A DNA stretch of 64,000 nucleotides from Lytechinus pictus (taxonomy: Eukaryota). A program made the position numbers and the translations under genes. How positions within the stretch are numbered: the stretch's first letter is position 1; every line of letters starts with the position of its first letter. A model generated the notes under the pieces. It had not been told where the DNA came from. It saw only the letters and a program-made list of their open reading frames with translations, and did not search any database. The DNA lies in NCBI RefSeq assembly GCF_037042905.1, contig NC_087251.1:47308001-47372000 (forward strand). Direction: 5' to 3'. This document shows positions 25,901 to 37,900 of this stretch, piece after piece.

Positions 25901-28900
25901 TTTTCACAGTTAATAACTCTGTCCTTTGGAGTGATTGATTTACTCACACAATGATAACAATGATAACATTTCAGCAAAATGACCAATGGCTGTTGCATAC
26001 ATAAGCTTATCACTTTAATGAGAAATAGAATACATTTTTTTCCTTTTTTGTTTGCTGTTAGTGTGAGGTTAGGACATCGAGGGTTTATTTCGCTGATTTA
26101 TTTGTTCTGAACTAATCAGATGCAAGGATTTCAGTAGCTTTTGACAGTTGTTGATGAAAATCACTTTTGTTTCATGAAACATTCCCCAAACATTGTGTGA
26201 ATGTCTAATTTGTTTTGTTGGTTTAGTGAAAAGTCCTGAAACACTATAAATGAAACTGAACAAATGAAACTTCTCAGACTGCGTGGTACGTTTATTCACA
26301 TCTAGATACAGCCATTCATTCATACTCAAGTTTCATAAACATATTTCCATACTAAGCATCATACTATTCTCATCCATTGCGTTACATCAAAATTGCCCCT
26401 GCTTGTAGACAAACTGTGGATACTCATCACGCTAGAAGTGGCTAAAATAGTCATGTGGAAGAAGCGCGGGAGCCCCTTTTGCAACAAAGAACTTTCAAGA
26501 AAACTCTCTTTATGTGTGTGTGTTCAGGATGCTCAAAGGCTGAAAAAGAGGAAGAAGAAAAAGAAGAAACGCAAACGGACAAGATCAAGCAGCCCTGTAC
26601 CCAGTGATGGGAGTGAGGCTGTGGTGTCAGCATCCACTTGGCACGATGAGAACTATGAGGATCGTCATCACGCATTGCCAGATAGAGGTACATCTCGAGC
26701 AGATGCCCAACAGAGTGATGCAAGCCTGAGGGTGGAATCGAGTCCTGTCGGAGATCGGCTGGGTTTAGAGGGACAAGAGATGGACAAAGAGGTGGAAGAA
26801 GCGATTGAAGAGAGTAAAGGGGATGGGAACGAAGTAGAGGTGGAGGATAGTGACATGGAAGCTGTGTCACCGTCGAGCATGACAAATCCTGTGAACATGG
26901 ATGATATCATGAGCAGGCTGAAGCACATTGATGACAATGAAGAAGAGGTCGATGATGACATTGATGATGACGATGATGATAATGTTGAGGATGTTGAAAG
27001 CCCTGCTGATAATGAGAGTAACTCTGAAAGTGAGGAGAATACCAACAGTGAGCAAGGGAAACCCCGGTCACCGCAAGCGAAACCCAGAGTGATGATCATC
27101 AGAGGAACGTCCGGGTCACCTATCAAGAGGACAATCGAGAGCGATGACGACAGCAATGGGGGTAACGAAGAAGGGGAATGGACCTTGATGAAGGATACAG
27201 ACGATTGTAGTGATGAGGAGAACAAAAGAAATGAAAAGGACCCAAGAACTAGTCACTTGTCTCCCATCACCACAATTGATATGAGTGCCATTAGAGGAGA
27301 AGTTGTGCGTAAACCATTGTATGGTCCTAAGACACGCTCACCTGATCTTGGAGTCTTTCAGTTCGACCCTGAGGATACTGTTGAATCACCAAAGAAACAT
27401 CCTAGGGTGATCTCTTTCCCACGCCCCTTTGGCAAAGCCCCGAAGCAAAAAAAGGCAGTTAAGAAGGTTACGACCAAGAGGATAAAGCCTGAAGCAGTGG
27501 TTCACAAAATCCAAGCAGGAAAGCCCTTGAATACTTTCTTAAGGACGTTCGCGAAGTTGAAAGACGTCACCCTTTCGCGTGGTAAGCGGAACGTGAAGCG
27601 CCACCTTGTGACGAGGAAAAGAGGGGACCAGGAGGTGGATACCGGGATTTGGAAGCGAGGAGAGCAGGTTCAGGAGAGGAACCGGGTGGATGATTTGTTT
27701 GCCCCCACTGATGATGGAAGGAAGCTGCAAGAACTGATTAAGAAGAATAAGAGGAGGGACGAGTATGTGGTTGCATGGTACCTCTGGTGTCCTGGACATG
27801 GGAAGTGCCTGAGGAAATGTGGCGGATATGGTGAATGCATCGAAGGTGAGAAAACTATATATATCCTAAAAGAAAGAACTCTTAATTCCTAAGTACTGAC
27901 CAGCTCTCAGATTGCTAAATTGTTTATGAATAAGGAGCTATTTTACTTTCTTTTTATAATTTCTTTTATAAAGTTTAATTTCTTTTATTAATTTTAAATA
28001 TGTGATATCTTCATGACTACATTGTGTCAGAAGTCAGAACTTCATTTCTCCTCGTTGGAAAAGATTATGATTTGCTGTATTGTGACTGTTTTTTTAAATT
28101 GTAGAAAGAATGGTCCCTTGTGTATTTAATGTTTCCCATAGAGGAAAAATATATCTTGTGTACTTTGATGTATAAGGAACCATTTTCCCTTCCAGTTCAC
28201 ATCCACCTTGCAAATCCATTTCTGCTTCGGCCTTGCTTGCTTCCAGGTTGTTCCGGAGTGTCCCACAAGCAAGACCGCCACAACTGCTCTGTCCTGGTCA
28301 ATCTCAAACTCTTCCTAGGTGACCTTGACTACTGGGTTGTGACCATCACTGGACAGCACGTTGACCCCAAGGACTCGGTCATATGGACCCCACCGCCCAA
28401 GGACAAGTTGCGCCACGGCGTGGATGTGACGGATCTGATCGTGTCTCACTGCCAGAAGGGGGACACCTTGGACGAGATCCATCGCAAACTGATGGAGGAT
28501 CCAGAACTTAAAGGGATAGCTCCCACCAAGAGGAGATTGACTCATTTGTTGTATAATAGCAGGCATCTGAAGACGAAGCGAAGAAGCCAAGTTCAGCAGG
28601 ACGAGGAGGCGGATGATGATTCTGAATCATGACACGAGCCTTGTCACAAACCCCTGTCTTCTATTTTAATGACTTTTGTTGCTCCAATATTGTTGATCAA
28701 CTCGTGTACTCTCGAGCGTAATGGGCTCATTCTCTATAAAAATATGCTACGATTGGAAATATTATGGGTCACATTATTACTGCTATTTAGGAAAGAGATT
28801 GTCCTCTGCAGATGGGGTCTAATCATGACATGAGCCTGCTTGAAAGCTCATTGTCTCATGTTAATGACTCTTATGCACTAGGACAAAATTCAACCTGTGA

Positions 28901-31900
28901 TGTATCTGTACACATGTAGTACAATATCATGGCCTAACCTTAGTTTCCAGACACAATTCCCTGGTTTCATGTTAAAGTGGTCTGAGTTTGGAGACTAGAA
29001 GAGAAGAATTTGAATTCTGAATTGTAGCCTCTCCAACCCAGAGAGGACAAATCAGTTTAGCACTTGTATTTGACTTCACTCGTGAGAATTACATGTAAAT
29101 TGTCCTATGCAGGGGCCGTGGAACGGTTTTCAAAGTGGGGGGGGGGGGCTGACCATGCAAAAATTCACAATCATATGGTAATTTTTACGTTTTTGTACAT
29201 GGTTTTGGAAAAAGTTGGGGCTGAACCCGCCCCCCCCCCCCCCCCCCGCTTCCACGGCCCCTGCTATGGGGTCTATGCCTGCAGACTTCTTTGACCTTGC
29301 CTCACTCTACATCACTCTTGTGTAACAATAGACTGGCCTCATGTATTGCTCCAATGCTGTTGATCTACTCATTTGAATTTGAGCATAATTTCTATAACAA
29401 TGTACCACAATTTGATACATGGTATATCACAAATTACCATCTTTTACAAAAGAGATATCTGCAGGGCCCCGTCTTACAAAGAGTTGTGATTAATCCGATC
29501 AATCACAACTATGGACGGCCAGCAACGTCAACATCTATTATGCATGTTTGTGTGAAATATTTTCGAACTATGATGCATTTTCATGCATTCATTGTTTTTG
29601 TCTCACCTGCGAAGCAGAGTGAGAGTATAGGCGCCGCTTTTCCGACGACGACGGCGGCGGCGGCGGCGTCAACACCAAATTTTAACCGAAGGTTAAGTTT
29701 TTGAAATGACAGCATAACTTAAAAAAGTTTATGGATCCGATTCATGAAACATAAATCTTTGTAAGAAGGGGCCCAGTTTGCAACTCTTGAAAGTTTCATG
29801 CAATGATCCTTTCTAGATATACATTATGTGATGCTGGCCATCCTTCCACTTTGACTAGATTAATGAACTGGAAACATTGTGATACAAAGCATATATATTG
29901 ATAATAATCATGATAAAAATTTTCGATATCGTAATATACTTGTATGAATAGAAATACTGAAATTAAGATATTATCACAGATCATGACTGAATGATGGCTA
30001 ATTTAGTGAAAATGAACTTCAGTTAGCATCTGCATTTCCTTTCCAGTTGAGATAATCTAAAGCAGACATTTTGTTTACAGGTCTTGATGGGTCATAATGA
30101 TCCACTATTCCTAGTTGAGAATGAAAAAAAATAAATTAAAATATGAAATAGCTCTACTTCCAAGTTTGATAATGAATTTAAAGCTAATCTTGGGCCCATC
30201 TGAAGCCTGCATTGCACCATGCTATCTGCTGTGATGATTTTTTTTTTTTTTGGGGGGGGGAATGGCAATAGATCTTCAATTAAATGCACACAGACCCTAA
30301 AAGATTTATGTTTATGTTCTGAAAGAAAAAAATAATAATACAAAGATAGAGAAAAATTTAATTAACGGCAACCACCAGCCTATTTGTTTAAGAGGTCATA
30401 TTGGTTCCAAATTGTTTGATGGCAGCATGTTCTTGCAACCATCGGCAGTTTGAAACCGATTTGGCCTTTTTTTCCAGAGGTAATGCTTACCTTGTACAAA
30501 AATCATATGGAGTGTATCATTGTTTGAAACTGAATCAGGGATATTTGATAAATGATTAGATTTGATGGTGGCATAATTGCGGTTGAAAACCAAATTTGAT
30601 TGAAGGGAATTGCATAGTGTGAGGCAGGCTTGATATACACATCTTTTGTTACCAACAGTGGCATATCGAGTGTCATGCTTAGAAATAATTCTCTTTCAAC
30701 TTTTTTAGTCGTTAATGAGATTTTTTTTTTCATTATTAAACTATTGCTCGTTTTTGCCCTCTGTGAAGTCAGGGGCATACCCTTTTCTCTAATATGCGAC
30801 TGAAGTGTAATTTTGCATGAATTTTTTTATTCTTGATTTTGAATGAAATATCCTGATTTATTTATTGTGCATGAAATATTCTAATAAATCATACTCTTTT
30901 GTAATTTGATGTATTGTGATCATTTCAGATGAAAAAAATAGGGTTGAAATATGCATTTTAGATATTGTGTAGGAATAAAAATATGAGGATCCAACTTATC
31001 GGATGATTAACTATCAACAGACTTCGAAATACATGTCCTAAATGGGAAAGAATGCCAAAACATGTTCTAGTGTGGACAAGTTTGTACCAGTAAATCCTCC
31101 AAACCATGAACGGGAAGTTGACCTGATGTCCAGATGGTTTCAATAAAAGCACAAACATAAAGAAAAACATATCAATCAAACTTTGGTTAAAGCTAAATGA
31201 AAGTAGTTGCAGTAAAACACTGATTTCGTGAGAAAGTCTGTAAGACCAAGGTTAAGTATTACTATATCATCGTGGATCTAGATCTGGTACAGTTACATAA
31301 ACTGAACTTTGTGTAATAATAAAATCTAAGCTGAAAAACGATCACACTGAAGATCGCCAACACAGATAGGCACTCTTGGGACAGTGTATTATTATTGCTG
31401 GAATAAAGACCCGACGGAAGTGACCGAATCCGCGCTTATTTTGATTATTTCTCAGCAATTACACAATTTCTTCCAGAATCCTTTGGCACATATTTTTTAT
31501 TCATACAAACAGACACTTAGGTGGTCATTATATTAGATTCTGTAAAAAGTCATTTCAGATCGTTACCACAACTGGCATTTATCTTTAAAGTGGGGAAGTT
31601 GACCCTGATGTCCAGATGGCTTCAAGAAAATTAGAAACCTAAGAAAAACATATCAATCAAACTGGTTAAAATGTGTAAAGAGGATAGCGCTCAGTTATGG
31701 TTTTAACAAAGGTTTTATCTCTTATACTCCCATCAATTAAGTATCTTTTCCTTGTGAGTACCAAGTGCTTCCAAATTTGCTCCACTAAATATACATTATA
31801 TCTGCCACTGTCGATCACCATTCAGTCAGTACAGACTTAAAAAAGTACACAGAAATCCCATTGTGCTCCAATTAATTTGGCCTGTATTGTGACATAACTT

Positions 31901-34900
31901 GTGAGCAGCTGTTTTATGCTCAGTATCATAATTTCCCCCCCCAAAAAAAAAAAAAAAAAAAAGATGTATGAGTAGATATTTTTCTTAGACATGTGTATGA
32001 AAGTAAATGGATAGAATCAAAATTACAGGGATAATTTCCTTGGTAAATTCTACCATGTCCTCGCCCCAGTGATAAGAAGAAAACAAAACTGCATTGACCT
32101 TCTACCCATTTCCCAACACACATAGGCCAGGAGCCTGCTACCTCTTGACTATAAATTTTACTAAGCCCATGAAGTTTGAGCCCTGAAACCATGTCAACAG
32201 ACCTGACAACCAGTACGTTTTTGGCGTATTTAGTACGCTTTTGCAACAAAAATACGGCAGTACGTTTTTTTCTTTAAAAAATACGTTTTTGTAAAAAAAA
32301 GTAAATTTATTGAGAAAAATCATCTCTATATGTCTCTTTTTTTTCAATCATTTTGTTAAAACTAGGTTGAGATAAACACATTTTTAAATGTTTTTTTTTT
32401 CATCTGCAAGAGCAATGCGCATTTTAGCTTGCATGCAGCTTGAGCGCCGTGATGAGCGAGTGTGCCACGCATTTTATTATGAAATACACTTTTTGGGGGA
32501 AAAATACACTTTTTTTAATCACAGAATACACTTTTTCATTCATAGAGGTTGGCAGGTCTGTGTCAATGGGCACAAAGTGCATAAAAGTTGTGTAGTAATC
32601 AAGGCATTTGTCAAATGGAGCCATACAAAGTCCCAGCGAAAAATTGACAATGGCAGAGACTGAAACTTTTGCTTTGTGTTTGCATTTAGGTCCAAACTTC
32701 GCGAGACCGAAACTCTTCATCTCGACTCTAGACCCCGCTGGTCCTCTACACTTATCAGGCAGCACTGGAAAGAAGGCCTTGACCAATGAAGAAATTATCT
32801 TTTTGATGGAATTATAGCTTCTACGTCCATGCCATAAAAGATATGCTCTATAATTGCAGAATATTTTACCTATAAGGGCACATTCAGGGATAGATTACTA
32901 TTGACCAGTCACCCAAAATCAACAATGTGTTGCTAGGGAAGGTTCGTGTAAATAGCCTAACGATAACTTGACATTCAAAGAGTAAAAATTGTATAAAATT
33001 AACTTATCTGAAAGAGTAATTCTTCTCTCTGTCAAATCTTAAGTTGTAAAGTTTAAGGGGACTAGGATTTTTTTTTTAATGAAAATTGGCAAAGAAGACA
33101 GAAATTGAGTTTTTGTGATTTTTGTATACATTATCCATTTAAATAATAGGTGCAAGAAGGTTGGTTGCAAAAAATGGGTCTAAATGGCAGAAAAAAAAGC
33201 AAAAATCTGAGGCATTGTCCTTTTAAAATTCATTTAAATGCCCCCAAACAAATGAAAGTTTCTCTAAAAACAGCATTATTTGCAGCCCTGTTTATCCCCA
33301 CTTCTAAACACGGAACCTACACAAGCTTACTATCACTGTAAAGCTCAGCTTCAACTCTCCACATTCATGGCAAGCAGTCTCCTTATATTACATTTAGTAA
33401 AGACATTTCAGCTATACTCGGTCATCACCCCGGGGTGGACTCGAACCCACAATCTTTGGTTCGACGGGCAGACGCGTTACCGACTGAGCCAACAATGCTC
33501 TCAATTCAGCCTTTCATGTTGTTTGTAATTGTAAGTGACATGTTCGCATCTATAGTATATAATAATAATATAGGGTATTTATATTGCGCACATATCCACC
33601 TTGTTAGGTGCTCAAGGCGCTCCTATATTACCCGGCTAAGCTAGGCGTTCATAGCGCACACAGCTTTTTAAGGAATTACTTCCTACCGGTACCCATTTAC
33701 CTCACCTGGGTTGAGTGCAGCACATTGTGGATCAGTTTCTTGCTGAAGGAAATTACGCCATGGCTGGGATTCGAACCCACGACCCTCTGTTTCAAAGTCC
33801 GAAGACTAATCCACTGGGCCACAACGCTCCACTGTAGATCAACTGTAAACTACTGATAACTCTTAAGATCTGTTAATCATCTTAAAAGGGGATCACTCAT
33901 TGACAGTTATTTTGGGGGTCAGGAGAAAAAAGTAATCAGAACAATTAAATGAAGAAACACATGGAACTTCAAACCCCTACAAATGCATCACAATCACTTA
34001 AAGGAGAATGAAACCCTTGAAACCAGCTGAATCCATATCAAAGAGAAAAATCAAAGAAACATATTGTTGAAAGTTTGAGGAAGATTGAATGAATAATAAG
34101 AAAGTTATGAGCATTCGAATATTGAGATCACTAGTGCCATGTAGATCCTCCCAACGGCAATGCGACCAAGATCTGTGATATCACACACGTACAACTCCCT
34201 CATTACTTTAGTACTTATTTCACTTATATTCTCACTTTTATAGAGTCTATCACAAGGTGAGGTGTTCTCTTTATGAGATGACAAGTACAGAGGTTTCACA
34301 ACATTATATCATTGATGAATCGTTTGTCATATGATTAGAATGAGCAAAAAGAGATGTTTTGGGGTATATTTTCAGTGTCCAAATGGGAGAGTTGTACGTG
34401 TGTGACATCACAGATCTTGGTCGCATTGCCAATGGGAGGATCTCCATAGCATTAGTGATCTCGACATTCAAATGCTCATAACTCTTTTATTGCTAGTCCT
34501 ATTTTTCTCAAAGTTTTGTTGATCTTATTCTTTGATTTTTCTGCTTTCACAAAAGCTAATTTGTTCCAAGAGTTTCATTCTCCTTTAAGAGATCATAACC
34601 TGAAATTAAGTTGATTTGTATTCATATGGAATGTCATTGGAATTTGAATTTGATGTCAATGGTCCTCTAAAAATGCTCTGCTCCATCGAAGTTCACTTGA
34701 AATTTATGATCCAAATATTAAAAGAAAAAAATGATTCAGAACATTAAAAGAACAAATGATCATTGACATTGCATTTCAGGAATCTAAAAATTGTATTGTC
34801 CAATAAAACTGCAATTTGCAGAGAGAGGTTGTAGTTCAGTTAATGTATTTTCATTGCATCTCTGAAAACAATGAATACATATATGAATTTATTATACAAA

Positions 34901-37900
34901 TAATGAATGTTAATGAGTGCAATGGACAGAATACTTCATGAGGTGATAGATGAAATGATCCATTCAACAAGGCATAGCCGAGTTGAATGGATCATTATTT
35001 CATCTTTCACTTCATGAAGTATTCTGTCTATTGCACGAATGAAAAAACATTCATTATTTGGTTTATTTGGTGCCTGCAGCGACAATCTCGGTGCGCGCGT
35101 GCAATGGACAAATATCGTATGGATCCAAAATTGCACGATGAATGGATCCAAAATTGCACGGTTGATGACGTCATTGCAAAATGGGCTGAATGAACGATAT
35201 CAAACAACCAATCAAATCACAAGGATCTATCTAGGTGTCATATAAAATCAAATTTAGACATCAAATATGTAGATCAATAATCAATTTTAAAAAATACAAA
35301 AACACAATAAATACAAAAGAATTTTTAGTATAATTAGGCCTGTATAATGAAATAAGAAATTAAATAGGAAACCTTAGAATAAAGCAAATAGTGGCCTTGT
35401 GAGGGAAAGTATCCCAAAATAAGAAGTAATTGTTTGGAGGCTACTTAATATATATAATTATCAAAGCAAAATATGAATACATAAATGACAAAAGTAAGGG
35501 TGAAGAAAAGGGATGGAAAAGATAAGTAAGTCCTGTATATGGGGATTAACTAGGAAATTATGCATATAAAAAAAAAATTAAAGTGCATGAGGAGGTGAAT
35601 AAAACTTGATTGAACCCAAACATAAAAGTGTGTTGTGTGTATTTGTGATGCCATGTATAATAAAACCCCTCAAAAATTAACCTAAAAACGCTGTGTCAAC
35701 CTGTTTGACCCATGTACAAAATCTATGACATGTGAAAGGTCACGAGAACAGTTGGCCATCAAGCCACTTAGGAGTGCGTATACTGTGTATAATCCATAAG
35801 GGCCAATATTTCTCTAGCAGGTCTGGCTATATTTCATTCATTATAACAATGATGTATTGAATTATAAATTTTAAACTACTAACTGATTTATCTGCTACAC
35901 CGAGTAGAGAATTAAAGGAGAATGAAACTCTTGGAGCAAGTTAGCTTTTGTGAAAGCAGAAAAATCAAAGAATAAGATCAACAAAAGTTTGAGTAAAATA
36001 GGACTAGCAATAGAAGAGTTATGAGCATTTGAATGTCGAGATCACTTATTCTATGGAGATCCTCCCATTGGCAATGCGACCAAGATCTATGATGTCACAG
36101 ATGAACAACTCTCCCCTTTTGGACACTGAAAATATACCCCAAAACATCTCTTTTTGCTCATTCTAATCATATGACAAACGATTCATCAATGATATAATGT
36201 TGTGAAACCTCTGTACTTGTCCTCTCATAAAGAGAACACCTCACCTTGTGATAGACTCTATAAAAGTGAGAATATAAGTGAAATAAGTGCTAAAGTAATG
36301 AGGGAGTTGTACGTGTGTGACATCACAGATCTTGGTCGCATTGCCAATGGGAGGAACTACATGGCATTAGTGATCTCAATATTCAAATGCTCATAACTTT
36401 CTTATTATTCATTCAATCTTCCTCAAACTTTCAACAATATGTTTCTTTGATTTTTCTCTTTGATATGGATTCAGCTGGTTTCAAGGGTTTCATTCTCCTT
36501 TAAGTTTAATTAGAGCCAAGTATTTACCCTAATGTACTTTATGCATGTTTATTATTTGTCTGGCTAGAAGAAGGTGATCATCATGAGGGAAATGATGATG
36601 ATGATGATGATGATGATTAGGAATGATATTCTCCTGACTAATCTCGAAATTCTGATTTTTTTTTACGTGAAATCCTTTGCCCAAGAACATTGTCATGCTG
36701 TTTTTTTTATACTGCTTTTAGAAGTCAAATGATATAACTATCATGCAGACTCGCCTTGAAAAATCACTTTCGATTTCTTTACTATGCAAGAGCTGGTAAT
36801 CCCGATCAGGGCACCTCGGACTTCGTCCGTGACTTAGGGACCCTTGAATATTTTTCAGATTTTTTTTCAGAGGGGAATATCATGCCTGAACAATGTCGAT
36901 GATGGTGATGATGATGATGATGATGGTGATCAATGATGATGATAAAGATTGTGATATAATGATGATCATGATCATAATGATGGTAATTATGATGATGAAG
37001 ATGGTGGTGGTGGTGGTGATGATGATGATAAGGATGATGATGATGATGGTGAGGATGAGGATGAAGATGGTGATGATGATTATGACTATCACCGTCATCG
37101 ATGATGATGTTTATCATCATGATAATCATGATGGTGGTGATGATGATGATGATGAGGAGGAGGAGGAGGATGTTGATGATAATGTTGGTGATGATGATCA
37201 TGATAATTAGGGTGATCATCATCTTGAAATATCATGATGATGATGATGATGAAAATGATGATGGAGATGATGATGAATATTTTACATCAAATCACCAGAT
37301 TAACATATTTTCTCATTTTTTTCTCAGAATCTACCAACTGTCAGTCCACATGGGCATCACAACTGTCAGAAGATCCGTAAGTTAACAGATTTTTCATTTT
37401 TTAGAAGGCAGACTGTTTAGCAACTGAACTGAAGACATGATTATTTATTTGATTATCATTCACATATTCATTTGTAATTTTATTTGTTTTATGAAAGGGA
37501 TTATCGTCAAATGGTAATATAAATATAATAGGTTGATTTCTTAATGGCTGGAAGCCGGAATGAACGGAATCATAATACTATTAAGTAGCAGAAGCAGAAT
37601 ATATCATTCATTTTGCTTTTTAAAGCAATATTACTTATGATGTCAGAGGATGAAATCTTTGGAATCGTGATATGTTGTTTCACTAGTGCTATATCCTTGC
37701 AATGCATGTGCTCTGTAATGAGAATTTTCTACTGCTTTTATTGATTGAAAACATTCATTCTTCGAAAGGTGACTCTTCTGTTATGTCAATCATGTATGTT
37801 GGGACAATGATTGATGTTTATTAACAGAAAGCACTTGTAAATCTTCTATTCCATCAGGTCACCATGACGTTGAGAAGGTCGCCAGGCGTCCAAGAGACTC

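Noticed and set aside
26393..26527. N-terminal extension of the 499-aa ORF as a stand-alone start
   Set aside because: The track start is TTG, and the segment ends in a (TG)n/pyrimidine acceptor. An in-frame ATG at 26453 cannot be fully excluded, but splicing at 26528 fits better.
26451..27799. Minus-strand ORFs (144, 185, 62 and 86 aa)
   Set aside because: They are Ser/Ile-rich antisense shadows of the acidic plus-strand exon.
36806..37385. Poly-His/Met/Asp/Ile ORFs
   Set aside because: They are translations of a GAT/GGT microsatellite. The same applies to the ORFs at 5028-5765, 6657-7170 and 61190-61513, which come from low-complexity DNA.
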